From an uncultured virus (IMG/VR IMGVR_UViG_3300044611_002154) (taxonomy: Duplodnaviria; Heunggongvirae; Uroviricota; Caudoviricetes): 64,000 nucleotides of DNA. Below are positions 48,727-57,662 of this stretch, one piece after another. Both the position numbers and the translations under genes were made by a program. The notes under the pieces were generated by a model. That model saw only the letters and a list, made by a program, of their open reading frames with translations, did no database searches and was not told the origin of the DNA. The stretch lies in the IMG/VR virus record IMGVR_UViG_3300044611_002154; one strand, written 5' to 3'. Each line of letters opens with the position of its first letter. Within the stretch, counting starts at the first letter, position 1.

Positions 48727-48812
48727 GGAGATTCCCGCAATTTTTATATTAGCTAATGCACATTATTCGCTTGAGGCCCGTTAGATTATTTCCAGAAAAA
48801 GTAAATAGTGCC

Positions 48813-49295
48813 ATGCCAAGAGCGAATGGTCCCGATGAGCTGCTTTATTCTCTCATTGAACTTCGCCCTGGGGACGCAAGACGTAGGTTTCGCAAGAGTA
48901 TTTTTGAGGACTATCCGCTGCGAGGACCACTTGGGCAATGTGCCTGTGCATATTGTGGGCGATGGGATCAAAAGCTGACTATTGATCACATTGTGCCAAA
49001 GAGCAAGGGTGGGCCTCATTTCGCAAAATATAATTTAGTGCCAAGTTGTCAGTCTTGTAATCTTTTAAAAGGAGCTGAGCCTATTTTTGAATGGTGGCGT
49101 CCACAGCGTTTCTGGACTGAGAAGCGAGAAGAGCTTCTTCTTGCATGGGTGCATCATAATAGCTTTGTTAGCGCCCACACTTCTTTGCAGGATATTGAAG
49201 CATTCGCGGAGGAGCGTGATTATTACATTCCACCGTCAAAAGAAGAAGCCCCCATTTCTGGGGGCTTTTGTTATACAGAATGGCAGGCAGCTTAG
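48813..49295 (+). CDS. HNH endonuclease
   Basis: CAYCG, TIDHIVPKSKGG and NLVPSCQSCN..K motifs. Confidence 0.88.
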   Translation: MPRANGPDELLYSLIELRPGDARRRFRKSIFEDYPLRGPLGQCACAYCGRWDQKLTIDHIVPKSKGGPHFAKYNLVPSCQSCNLLKGAEPIFEWWRPQRFWTEKREELLLAWVHHNSFVSAHTSLQDIEAFAEERDYYIPPSKEEAPISGGFCYTEWQAA

Positions 49296-49672
49296 GCTTT
49301 ATCTACGGGATCAAATAGCACTTGCTTACCAGGAAGATCGTAGCGAATGCCTGGTATTGGACAGAAGCCATCCTTACAGCCATTGTCCACATTGTTTTCA
49401 ATGGCAGCTAGAGCTTCACGCTCTTGATCAGTTTCAAGCGCAAAAATAAGCTGATTGAGATACCACTTGGCTTTCTCTAAATCTTCTAGGCCATTCTTGC
49501 TTTCATAGCGCCAAACGTATTTCAACACATTACCTTTACAAAAGCCGCGATAGGCTTCAGTGCTCATGCTGGCTTCAATGCCTTCAATGGCTTCAATGCC
49601 ACCAAATGCATAGTGCTTGGGGCGTTCCACTGGATGGAAAGCTTCAGGAGCTTGTTCAAAAGGCATTGCCAT
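49292..49672 (-). CDS. DUF3310 domain protein
   Basis: PKHY..GGIEAI, GNVLKYVWR..KNGLEDLEKAKWYL; start refined from the track ORF. Confidence 0.85.
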   Translation of the reverse strand: MAMPFEQAPEAFHPVERPKHYAFGGIEAIEGIEASMSTEAYRGFCKGNVLKYVWRYESKNGLEDLEKAKWYLNQLIFALETDQEREALAAIENNVDNGCKDGFCPIPGIRYDLPGKQVLFDPVDKA

Positions 49673-50375
49673 TTTCCTCGAATGCTTGAAAGGCTTCTTT
49701 AAAGAGAGGGCGAGCCAATGTGGCCAGTGCTTGAGCGTAGCATTGAATTTCGCCCTGTGCATCTGGCTTGTCGCGCAATGACAAGAAATGCAGAAGAGCC
49801 TGCAAGCTGCAGGTCCACGTGAAGCTTGTGTACGTTGACATAGGCATAATTCCACGAGCCTGCTCCTTGCTCACGCCTAGCGTCAGAAGAGCCCTGTAAG
49901 CCTGCTTAGCCTGCTCTAGCGCCTTGGCGTATTCGATCATCGCCATTTTGTTCATAGAGGGCTCTAGAGGGCCAGCAGAAGCTTGTTTGTTGCTGGCGCT
50001 TTGCTGCCTAAATTCACGAGGCATGTAGTAAGTGTCATCATCGGCTTCGCAATAGCGAAAGCTTTTTTCATTCCAGCCGAGTTGGTCATTGGCATACGTG
50101 CCACCAATAACATGCTTCCACCATTGACGAGCAATAAACAGCGGAGCTTTTACTTGCCATTTTGTGACAACGCCCCTAAAGGGACTGGTGTGCTGATGCT
50201 TCACCAAATAGTTAAGAAGCTTTTGATCCTTATCAGTCCACTCAGTAGAGGCTTGATCGAAAGACTGCCGCGCATCACAAACAATGTCAAGCGAAGTTCC
50301 CATCCAATCGATGAGCCTGACAAAGCTAATACCGTCACAGAGGGGATCAATGATCTGAAGGGGAGAAGATGTCAT
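49656..50375 (-). CDS. thyX: Flavin-dependent thymidylate synthase
   Basis: HTSPF, PLFIARQWWKH, NEKSFRY, EQARG and AQGEI motifs. Confidence 0.92.
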   Translation of the reverse strand: MTSSPLQIIDPLCDGISFVRLIDWMGTSLDIVCDARQSFDQASTEWTDKDQKLLNYLVKHQHTSPFRGVVTKWQVKAPLFIARQWWKHVIGGTYANDQLGWNEKSFRYCEADDDTYYMPREFRQQSASNKQASAGPLEPSMNKMAMIEYAKALEQAKQAYRALLTLGVSKEQARGIMPMSTYTSFTWTCSLQALLHFLSLRDKPDAQGEIQCYAQALATLARPLFKEAFQAFEENGNAF

Positions 50376-50590
50376 TTGTTGTTGTAATTAGTGGGCCAAA
50401 TAAGCATGCGAATAGTGATGACAATTAGCACCCACTGCCAAAAGCCAAGGATGAATCCTGGAAAAATCCAGCCCACGCAAATGCTTAATAGCCATGAACG
50501 CAGGCAAATAAAGCCAAAGGCAACAAGGATTTCAGCGATGACTTTGCTGACCACCTTGAGCGAATCGTCTTGTGTTGGAGATAAAGTCAT
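50372..50590 (-). CDS. Small membrane protein
   Basis: Two hydrophobic segments; coupled to thyX. Confidence 0.55.
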   Translation of the reverse strand: MTLSPTQDDSLKVVSKVIAEILVAFGFICLRSWLLSICVGWIFPGFILGFWQWVLIVITIRMLIWPTNYNNK

Positions 50591-50891
50591 GAATCAAGAG
50601 GAAGGGGCGAAGCCTCTGGAAGCCAATGATAGGCGCCACCTTGGTTTCAGCGTGCCAAACAATGCGAGCTTTGCTTTGTCCTCCATCTTTCACGATGGCG
50701 GCAATGGTGCCCAAAAGGCTCGTGGGCATCCATCCCGCAGCAGTGGGCTGCACGTAGACGACGGTTTGCCCAACTTCCCAAGAAAAAGACCTTGGCGTTT
50801 TCGGGAGGGCTCTGAAGGAAGCCGTACCAAGCTTTTCGGCTTTCCTTCCATCGTCCACTGCGTAAACAAACTGCCTGCCATTTCTCTGCAT
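50532..50891 (-). CDS. Hypothetical protein
   Basis: 119-aa ORF in the minus-strand operon. Confidence 0.55.
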   Translation of the reverse strand: MQRNGRQFVYAVDDGRKAEKLGTASFRALPKTPRSFSWEVGQTVVYVQPTAAGWMPTSLLGTIAAIVKDGGQSKARIVWHAETKVAPIIGFQRLRPFLLIHDFISNTRRFAQGGQQSHR

Positions 50892-50921
50892 CGCTAGGCT
50901 AAAGCAAACGACGGGAGCCCT

Positions 50922-51299
50922 ATGTCAAGAATGTTTTCCATTCCAGTAGCATTAAGCTACAACGGACGCGACTACATTGCTGAAATGGGGCCTTTTGAAC
51001 GGAGCATGGAAAGGGACTTTGCCCTTGTCGCCAATAAGAAAGCATTGGACGAATGTAACGACATTGATAAGCTCAAGGAGGTGGCATGGAATATGATGCA
51101 GGGCTGGAGCAACATGCAAGATGCCACTGCTTCGCTTGTCAAGGAAAACCTTGAACTGCGTCAAGCCATGCAGATTCAGCAAATGGACTTAGAAGCAGCA
51201 GATGCTTTGCTTGGCGAAGCTGGAGAAGCCATCAAGACATTCGCAGAACAGCAGCAATCTTCTCAAGCCAAGCGATTTCTTTGGCCGTTTGGGAAGTAA
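50922..51299 (+). CDS. Hypothetical coiled-coil protein
   Basis: 125-aa ATG ORF with GGGAG upstream. Confidence 0.6.
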   Translation: MSRMFSIPVALSYNGRDYIAEMGPFERSMERDFALVANKKALDECNDIDKLKEVAWNMMQGWSNMQDATASLVKENLELRQAMQIQQMDLEAADALLGEAGEAIKTFAEQQQSSQAKRFLWPFGK

Positions 51300-51594
51300 G
51301 CAAAAATACTTTCCAACCACAAAGCATGGCTAAGTTAAACTTTCTGGCGTCTCGTTCGTAGCCAGAGCCAGTAACATGACGACCACGATTAAAAGTGCCG
51401 CCTTGTATTTCAATGAGAGAGCGAGAAGGAAGATGTGCAAAATCTGCCCTGTAACGTTTTGAACGCTTGCTTTTTGCATAGCGCTCTTGAAAATCAGCTT
51501 CCCAAGCCTCTACATCGCTGAATTCCCTAATCAATGGGAGATCGGGATAGTGAGCTTGCCAAAGCCCGAGAAACTGATCTTCTAATGCGCTCAC
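51232..51594 (-). CDS. PD-(D/E)XK (Vsr/DUF559-like) endonuclease
   Basis: SALE, RYRADF, IEIQGG, GRH and D.RKFN.A...GW motifs. Confidence 0.75.
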   Translation of the reverse strand: MSALEDQFLGLWQAHYPDLPLIREFSDVEAWEADFQERYAKSKRSKRYRADFAHLPSRSLIEIQGGTFNRGRHVTGSGYERDARKFNLAMLCGWKVFLLTSQTAKEIAWLEKIAAVLRMS

Positions 51595-51597
51595 GAG

Positions 51598-52185
51598 CTA
51601 TACAGCAGCAAAAGCTACTTTAGCTCCTTGATTTTGATATTTACCATCGCCATAGGCGCTGGCGACATCGTTTTCTAGCTTCATAAACATCACTTGAACG
51701 ATGCCTTCATTAGCGTAGACCCTTGCTGGAAAAGCCAAGGGATTGACAATACAAATAGTGAGATAGCCAGACCAGCCAGGCTCAATTGGCGTAACGTTAA
51801 TGATTGTGCCTTGACGTGCATACGTTGACTTCCCGTCAGTGATGCCCATCACATTGTTAGGCATCGAGATGCGTTCAAGGCTAACGCCAAGAGCGTAGGA
51901 AAAAGGCGGAAGCACAAAGAACGTGCTGCCATTTTCTTGCCGAGGCGTCTGCTCTTCCATCAGCTCCGTGTCGAAGCTTTTCACATCCAGATGGAAGTCC
52001 TTACTTACGCTGTTATCAATGACCATAAAGCCTTCAGGAGAAAGGCGCAGGTCATATCCAGCATGAGACAGTCCATAAGACAATGCTTTCGTGCCATTGT
52101 CTAGTTCGCGACGCTTCTCTCCAGTGAAAGGAAAGATGATGTCGTTTTCAGCGAGAATGCTAATTTGCTTGTCGTTAAGAAGCAC
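51598..52185 (-). CDS. dcd: dCTP deaminase
   Basis: SYGLSHAGYDLRL, GKSTYAR.G, PIEPGWSG and GKYQNQ motifs; GTG start inferred. Confidence 0.9.
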   Translation of the reverse strand: MLLNDKQISILAENDIIFPFTGEKRRELDNGTKALSYGLSHAGYDLRLSPEGFMVIDNSVSKDFHLDVKSFDTELMEEQTPRQENGSTFFVLPPFSYALGVSLERISMPNNVMGITDGKSTYARQGTIINVTPIEPGWSGYLTICIVNPLAFPARVYANEGIVQVMFMKLENDVASAYGDGKYQNQGAKVAFAAV

Positions 52186-52375
52186 TGTTTGAAGAGCGAG
52201 AAAACAAGCCCATGGAGAGCCAAACAAGAATTGCGGCAGGCCAAAAGGGCACGGACGGCCAGATTGACTGGACCGCCCATGCCCCTACACAAGCCGCTCC
52301 AAAACTAAGTCCCAAGACAATGACCAATGCCAAAAGATAGACAGGCCAGTCAGTGGGTTCGGAGCGCTTTGCCAT
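52175..52375 (-). CDS. Small membrane protein
   Basis: Two hydrophobic helices. Confidence 0.5.
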   Translation of the reverse strand: MAKRSEPTDWPVYLLALVIVLGLSFGAACVGAWAVQSIWPSVPFWPAAILVWLSMGLFSRSSNSAS

Positions 52376-52659
52376 CAGAACAGATCGTCGTTAGACGAAG
52401 ACGATGCGAAGCTGCTGCCTGCACTTTCGCCGTTCTGCCAGAAGGAAGAATAAGCTTTAGGGCTATTCTCCATCTTGTTGACAGTCACTTGTCCCTTGAA
52501 ATGAGGGGCAGTGTCCTTATCACGCTTGTCGTTGTTCCACAGTGCCACGCGGAAGCTGTAGTTTCCTTGCGCATTGGGACCAGCCTTTTTGGCTGCATTC
52601 AGAATGTCGGGGGTGAGATCGACAGTACCGCTGAAAACGGGGAGATTGCCAGAGGGCAT
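52375..52659 (-). CDS. Putative ssDNA-binding protein
   Basis: Short beta-rich protein with acidic DDLF tail, next to the exonuclease. Confidence 0.55.
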   Translation of the reverse strand: MPSGNLPVFSGTVDLTPDILNAAKKAGPNAQGNYSFRVALWNNDKRDKDTAPHFKGQVTVNKMENSPKAYSSFWQNGESAGSSFASSSSNDDLF

Positions 52660-52730
52660 TTAGTGTTCCTCAGAAGGAGAGTGGTCGGCCCTGGAGGGGC
52701 TCTAGAAGCATAGCTGGTGCAGACGAGGAG

Positions 52731-53531
52731 TCAAGCTCCACGGTCCATAGAAATGGTTAAGGGGCGTCCGCCTGGGTAGTGCTCAAAAAAGTACTGTTGA
52801 GTCTTCTGAGCCATGATCCCTGCCTGCATGGCAAGGTCAGTGCCATCAAGGCTCACGATTTGAGCCTCCTGCCCTTCACCAGTATCAGGGTCGTAAATGG
52901 CAATAGCGCAATGCGCCTCGTTGATTTCGATGCCATACATCTGCTCAATGGCTTGGCAATAGGCTCCGAGCTGCATGCGGTAGTCGCCTAGCTGCGTATC
53001 AGGCTTTTGTTTGTAGCTTGTCTTCCAATCAAGCAGGGCGATATTGCCGTTGCCCATGGTCGCAAGCATGTCAAATGTGCCTGAGTAGCCAGTTTCAGTG
53101 GAGGGGCAATACCAAGCAATGGCACTTTCCACCAACAATGGACTGGCCACGCTAGTTAGGAAGTTGGCAATGCTGTCGAAATAAGGAACGAACAATGGAT
53201 GGGAGTCAAGATGACAGTTGATGTCCTCGCCGTTCCAGAAATCCTCTAGCACGCCGTGAAGCCAATTGCCACGTTCTACGGCAGAGCGTGTGCGACGATT
53301 GGCTTCCTCATTGCCTACTTTCTTCCTCCAGTTCATGAGCGCCGCAATCTTGCCAGGCGGCGAACACGCGCTCGCAATAGTTGTCACAGAGGGCAAAACA
53401 ATGCCTTCTGGGGCATTTGGAAAATTTTGCAAGCAATAGTAACGACGGTTGTTGATCTGAAGCCGATTGGGTTCGTAGCGGGCGAGAGAAGGCATAGAAA
53501 GGGCGTTGAGACATAGGTCGTAGCAAGGCAT
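52731..53531 (-). CDS. PD-(D/E)XK exonuclease (RecB/Cas4-like)
   Basis: LPSVTTI, RGNWLH, YSGTFD, LLDWKTS and QLGAY motifs; true start may be 53495. Confidence 0.85.
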   Translation of the reverse strand: MPCYDLCLNALSMPSLARYEPNRLQINNRRYYCLQNFPNAPEGIVLPSVTTIASACSPPGKIAALMNWRKKVGNEEANRRTRSAVERGNWLHGVLEDFWNGEDINCHLDSHPLFVPYFDSIANFLTSVASPLLVESAIAWYCPSTETGYSGTFDMLATMGNGNIALLDWKTSYKQKPDTQLGDYRMQLGAYCQAIEQMYGIEINEAHCAIAIYDPDTGEGQEAQIVSLDGTDLAMQAGIMAQKTQQYFFEHYPGGRPLTISMDRGA

Positions 53532-53534
53532 TGA

Positions 53535-53819
53535 TTAAAGCAGTGCGCTCATTTCATCTTTGAGCATTTCAATGTCGTGCTCTAAATGGTGAACAGTGTC
53601 ACGAAGATCCAAGATGTCATTTTGCATTTCTCCCAAGAGATTAAATAGGCTTTCTAATTTCAGGCCGCGATCAGCCATTAACAAATCAGCCACTTCGTGG
53701 CCGAGTGGATCCAGAAACGATGAGGAGAGGATCGTCTCGCGGTTGTTTTTAGTGGTCATTTTTCGTTCAAGACATATCTGATGGAAGTAAATGCGAATTG
53801 GAAGCAATGTAATCACCAA
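53535..53819 (-). CDS. Hypothetical protein
   Basis: Coiled-coil ORF; start probably at the internal MTTKNN. Confidence 0.5.
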   Translation of the reverse strand: MVITLLPIRIYFHQICLERKMTTKNNRETILSSSFLDPLGHEVADLLMADRGLKLESLFNLLGEMQNDILDLRDTVHHLEHDIEMLKDEMSALL

Positions 53820-54384
53820 GTATTTGCTCTAATTGCTCTTGCCTTGTTTCTATACCTTTCATGTGCTGAATAATACTTAATTCAAGGTGTTGGTCGTTAT
53901 CCAACCAGCAGCTTACATTTTTTTTACCTTCCCTAGTTTCTGGTCTTTTTGATTTAACTGGTGGAATAAAAGACGGATCGCGAAAAGACTGCATTTCCTT
54001 GCCGCTTCGCAAATGTTCATGTAATTTTTGACCAAGGGGTACTTTTTCGTAAGGCCAAAGAGATTCAGTGCTGGAAGGTCGTATAAATTTTACCCCTAAA
54101 AAAGTTGCTCGGCGTCTTAATCCATTGCGCGAAAGATTCCATTTTTTTTCTAAGTCCCTAATAGGAATTCCTTGCTCGGGATGATTTTGTGGAATTTTTG
54201 TTCCTTTTCCACGATTGCAGTCAGCGCATAGTACTTGAAGATTCTGCTCCACCGTGGCGCCTCCTTTGCTTCGTGGAATAATGTGGTCAATTTCAAGGCA
54301 GTTGGTCGCACCACATGCGCAACATTTAAAACCATCACGCTCTAATATTTTGTAGCGAAGGGTTTTGGGAATTGTTTTGCTCAT
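53767..54384 (-). CDS. HNH endonuclease
   Basis: LRYKILERDGFKCCACG, EIDHIIPRSKGG and NLQVLCADCN motifs. Confidence 0.88.
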   Translation of the reverse strand: MSKTIPKTLRYKILERDGFKCCACGATNCLEIDHIIPRSKGGATVEQNLQVLCADCNRGKGTKIPQNHPEQGIPIRDLEKKWNLSRNGLRRRATFLGVKFIRPSSTESLWPYEKVPLGQKLHEHLRSGKEMQSFRDPSFIPPVKSKRPETREGKKNVSCWLDNDQHLELSIIQHMKGIETRQEQLEQILGDYIASNSHLLPSDMS

Positions 54385-54536
54385 TTTTCATTCATGTCCC
54401 AGAAATATTCGCAGCCTTCTTCCGTATGAGGCGGCGCTGCAAAATAACTTTGGAAGCGATCAGCGGGCGCCATGTAACGCCAGCAATCTTCCTTGACAGG
54501 GCATTCGTGGCCCGTACACATTGCAATATCAGGCAA
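54381..54536 (-). CDS. 51-aa Cys-rich phage protein (not in the ORF track)
   Basis: TTG start with AAGGAG upstream; MPDIAMCTGHECPVKEDCWRY...QSYF...CEYF. Confidence 0.6.
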   Translation of the reverse strand: MPDIAMCTGHECPVKEDCWRYMAPADRFQSYFAAPPHTEEGCEYFWDMNEK

Positions 54537-55197
54537 TTTTTTGCTCCTTTAAGACTTGAGGGACAAGGCGAATCCGCATTTTTGTATCAATACCAAGCTT
54601 GTTTTGGTGGCAAGATACATGCATGGGATAACCGCAGTATCCCGTAATTAGACAGGCATATTTATAGCGAAAGCTTTCTTTTGTGCCCGCCGCTTGACAC
54701 TGTTTCCAGTGGCCAGATTTGACATTTTTCTTTCCTGCGATTGATCCTCCAATTTTTCCTGCATTTGAATACTGCTCAAAAGATAAAGCTTGACCACCTT
54801 TTGATCCAGCTTTCTTGTTTTTAATGGTCATCCACTCATGAAATAAATCCAATAATTCTGGCCAGTCATGCTCTATAAATACTTGTTCCCAGCTCCAAAT
54901 ACAAGGATGATTCATAACGCAAGATTGGATCACTCCATGGGCCGCATGTTGAGATGTGGTTAATTTGACTGTTTCCGTTCCGCCAAAGCACTTGGGTGTT
55001 GGATGATGTGCATTATGCAGTAAATCTGGATCAAGCCCAATTGATTCATTGTGCTCAAGGCATTTTGATGTGAAAAAATTTAAATCATCAATTGTTGGCA
55101 TTGTTTTGTTTTGAACCCATTTCAACTCGGACAAGATTACAGGAGTGAGCGATGTCATAGAAAAATTGACAGGTGTCTGTTTTGGAGTGCAAGGCAA
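54529..55197 (-). CDS. HNH homing-endonuclease-like protein
   Basis: HHPTPKCFGG..TVKLT..QHAAH motif and GKIGG-type repeats; start likely near 55101. Confidence 0.7.
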   Translation of the reverse strand: MPCTPKQTPVNFSMTSLTPVILSELKWVQNKTMPTIDDLNFFTSKCLEHNESIGLDPDLLHNAHHPTPKCFGGTETVKLTTSQHAAHGVIQSCVMNHPCIWSWEQVFIEHDWPELLDLFHEWMTIKNKKAGSKGGQALSFEQYSNAGKIGGSIAGKKNVKSGHWKQCQAAGTKESFRYKYACLITGYCGYPMHVSCHQNKLGIDTKMRIRLVPQVLKEQKIA

Positions 55198-55333
55198 GTT
55201 GTCCGCTTAGCATTGAATCCGCCACCGTGGCCAGAACAGCAGCAATACGACGGTCGCTGCTAAGCGTATCGTCAGGAAAGCTCCAGAATGCTTCATGGCA
55301 GGCATCAATCAGCGTCCGTCTGTTCGTCAACAT
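55088..55333 (-). CDS. Hypothetical protein
   Basis: 81-aa ORF in the operon. Confidence 0.5.
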   Translation of the reverse strand: MLTNRRTLIDACHEAFWSFPDDTLSSDRRIAAVLATVADSMLSGQLALHSKTDTCQFFYDIAHSCNLVRVEMGSKQNNANN

Positions 55334-55556
55334 TTTTCAGCAGGTCCGAAAACTCTTCTGCTTGTGCATTGAAGGCATCAACAATGAGAGAACGGGAGTA
55401 ACCACAGCCCATCAAATAGCAAGCAAAGTCCTCGACAACTTCGTATATAGTTGCCTTGTAGCTTGTCACTTCAATGTCAAAGCTTGGATCGCCATAGCGA
55501 TTAGTTATTGAATGCTTCCATGAATGTTTCCATGGAGAAAGAGAAGAATCGTTCAT
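55305..55556 (-). CDS. Hypothetical protein
   Basis: EVVEDFACYLMGCGY motif typical of small phage proteins. Confidence 0.6.
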   Translation of the reverse strand: MNDSSLSPWKHSWKHSITNRYGDPSFDIEVTSYKATIYEVVEDFACYLMGCGYSRSLIVDAFNAQAEEFSDLLKNVDEQTDAD

Positions 55557-55744
55557 GGTAGAACTAAGCTTGCAAGGAACAGAATGAGCAAGGCTAGAGC
55601 TGTAGAGGCAAAAGCAACCAGCAGGAACAAGCCAAGAGGATCGTCAGCTAAAGAGGCTGGAAGAAATGCAATCAAGAGGGGCATGGTCTTCATTAAGGCA
55701 AATGGTTCCAGCAAAGGCCCGCGCAAAGCGGGCCGCTGCTAGAT

Positions 55745-56695
55745 CTATGGCTTTTTTGCAACGAAAGCTTTCATTGCTTCAACCATTGCCTCCGCCGTAT
55801 CACAGGCGCGAACAAGATCAATTTCCTTGGTCATCTCTGTTTTGGTGATGACCATTTGCTCTTCTTTTGCCCAGACAGTCATCATGGCTGCTGCCACATT
55901 GCCAAACTGCTGCCACGTCTTCACTTCAGTGGCACGAGACAAACCAATGGCTTCCAGGGCGGCCTTACCAAGCGCCATGCTGTTCTTCTCGTCGGCATAA
56001 CCAAACGGATTGGCTTTGCAAATGGTGGTCAGGGCAGTTTTGGCATCGAAGGCCCCTGCATCATCGGCGACAGGAGCTGACGCTGCTCCAGAAGGTTCAG
56101 GAGCTGGTTTAGCTGCCGCTGGCGCCTTGCTTGTCCGCGCAGCTTGCTTCGGAGCTTCCTGTTGCAGCGGGAGTTTGGCCGTTGCTTTTTCATCTTCTTT
56201 AGGGATGTCCTCTCCTGCATAGAGACGCAGACCAAGACCAGTGAAGGTGGCAATAGCCTTGACTGCAGCACGCTGACAGTTGTCAGAGATGGCACGACCA
56301 TCAAGCTCCTTGATGGAATTGTGCTTCCTGTCCATGATCGGGAAGATCAAGGCAACAGTACGGCGGCAGCCATCAGTGAGATAGGGGCGAAGATAGTAAG
56401 CGCCTGGTGTGCCAAACACCACTTCCCCAATGGTCTTTTCTTCAAAGGCCACAAAATACGTCGGGAAATGCTCCTTCAAATAGCGGTAGGCAAAAGGCCA
56501 AGACAAATAAGACAGGCCCTTGTAGTCTTTCTCAATGTGAGGGCCAATGTCGGGCGTGTCATAAGCGGCCTTGAAAGCTTCGGCACTGATCTCCAGGGGA
56601 GAGAAAATACCGTTGTAACGATCCATTGCAGCTTGCTGGGCAGGGTCCATGGAAGAAAAATCAGACGGGGGGTAGAGCATAAAAGAATGATTCAC
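55745..56695 (-). CDS. ssDNA-annealing protein (Sak/DUF1071-like)
   Basis: GLSYLSW..A, PIMD.K.N, QRAAVKAIA and GLGLRLYAGEDIP motifs. Confidence 0.82.
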   Translation of the reverse strand: MNHSFMLYPPSDFSSMDPAQQAAMDRYNGIFSPLEISAEAFKAAYDTPDIGPHIEKDYKGLSYLSWPFAYRYLKEHFPTYFVAFEEKTIGEVVFGTPGAYYLRPYLTDGCRRTVALIFPIMDRKHNSIKELDGRAISDNCQRAAVKAIATFTGLGLRLYAGEDIPKEDEKATAKLPLQQEAPKQAARTSKAPAAAKPAPEPSGAASAPVADDAGAFDAKTALTTICKANPFGYADEKNSMALGKAALEAIGLSRATEVKTWQQFGNVAAAMMTVWAKEEQMVITKTEMTKEIDLVRACDTAEAMVEAMKAFVAKKP

Positions 56696-56955
56696 TGCTT
56701 CGACTGTGGCAAGCTCATGTATTCGCCATACATAATGACGAAATCAATGCTCATCTCAGAACCTTCGTTCTTGGTGATGATGCTCTTGCCAGGTAGGGGC
56801 CAATCAGGAATGGCGCGAATGTCAGTGGGTAGCTCGTAATACTTAGCATCGAAACCATCATCGATGGTTCCTTGCTCCCATAGGAGCTTTATGTCTTGAT
56901 CGCCATGCTCAAGAAGAAATTCTTCGCAGGCAAGTTTAAGCTGAGAAACTTTCAT
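56692..56955 (-). CDS. Hypothetical protein
   Basis: MKVSQL...EHGD start. Confidence 0.6.
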   Translation of the reverse strand: MKVSQLKLACEEFLLEHGDQDIKLLWEQGTIDDGFDAKYYELPTDIRAIPDWPLPGKSIITKNEGSEMSIDFVIMYGEYMSLPQSKQ

Positions 56956-56958
56956 TGA

Positions 56959-57306
56959 TCAGTCGTTGTTGTAAAACAGGACGGCATAGGCAGATTCTTT
57001 TTCGTCTACCTCTTGCTCTTCAATTGGCGTGCCGGGCAGGCCAGCATGCGGGCTGTTCATGATGCGCAAACCAATAATTTTGTACAAACTTGCAATACCG
57101 TTGATGTCGCCGGCATCGTAAGTGCCTAGCGCTCCAATTTCAATGTCACCATATTTAATGATTGCTTTTTCAAGCTGCCTCATTAAGTCAGAAAGCTTCA
57201 TCATGTTCTGGGGAGTCAATGGAAGATGTGGAATAGTCTTCAATGAGATCAAAGGCACCGTTGGCAAGAGTGGCGCTGCCCTCCCAAATTGGCGTGGAAC
57301 GAACAA
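56959..57306 (-). CDS. Hypothetical protein
   Basis: Real start likely MKLSDL...KYGD, similar to the neighbouring gene. Confidence 0.55.
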   Translation of the reverse strand: MFVPRQFGRAAPLLPTVPLISLKTIPHLPLTPQNMMKLSDLMRQLEKAIIKYGDIEIGALGTYDAGDINGIASLYKIIGLRIMNSPHAGLPGTPIEEQEVDEKESAYAVLFYNND

Positions 57307-57457
57307 GGCGTTCTAGGGTTTCGCTGAGGCTCAATCGAGCTTCATGGGCGATGTTGCCAAGATGGGCGTAGGCAGTGTCAGTTAAGCTGAAATGCCGGCC
57401 CTTTTTCAGCTCTTTGTTACCGTTTGTCATAAAACAGGGGGGCAAGCAGGTAGCCAA
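57188..57457 (-). CDS. Ribbon-helix-helix-like protein
   Basis: KKGRHFSLTDTAY..L..IA....LSLSETLERLVR. Confidence 0.6.
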   Translation of the reverse strand: MATCLPPCFMTNGNKELKKGRHFSLTDTAYAHLGNIAHEARLSLSETLERLVRSTPIWEGSATLANGAFDLIEDYSTSSIDSPEHDEAF

Positions 57458-57662
57458 TTGAAAAGCCGATAAGGCCGGCTAGCCAGAGTTCCATGAACGA
57501 GAGGCATCGGGAACATGGCCAGACTAGCCATAGTTTTGAGCCCTGCCAACCGTCCAAGCTATTGTTTTCGCTTATCGTTTATTTCATTTTGCATTGTTTT
57601 AGCTTATAGGGCGGCTGCTTCTTGATTTCCTTGCTACAACGGGAGCGATTCCACCACTTTCC

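Noticed and set aside
49656..52185. DNA base hypermodification pathway from thyX and dcd
   Set aside because: Both look like standard dTTP-supply enzymes, and I recognised no modifying enzymes nearby.
52731..53531. Cas4 as part of a CRISPR system
   Set aside because: The context (annealing protein, SSB-like gene) indicates a phage recombination exonuclease.
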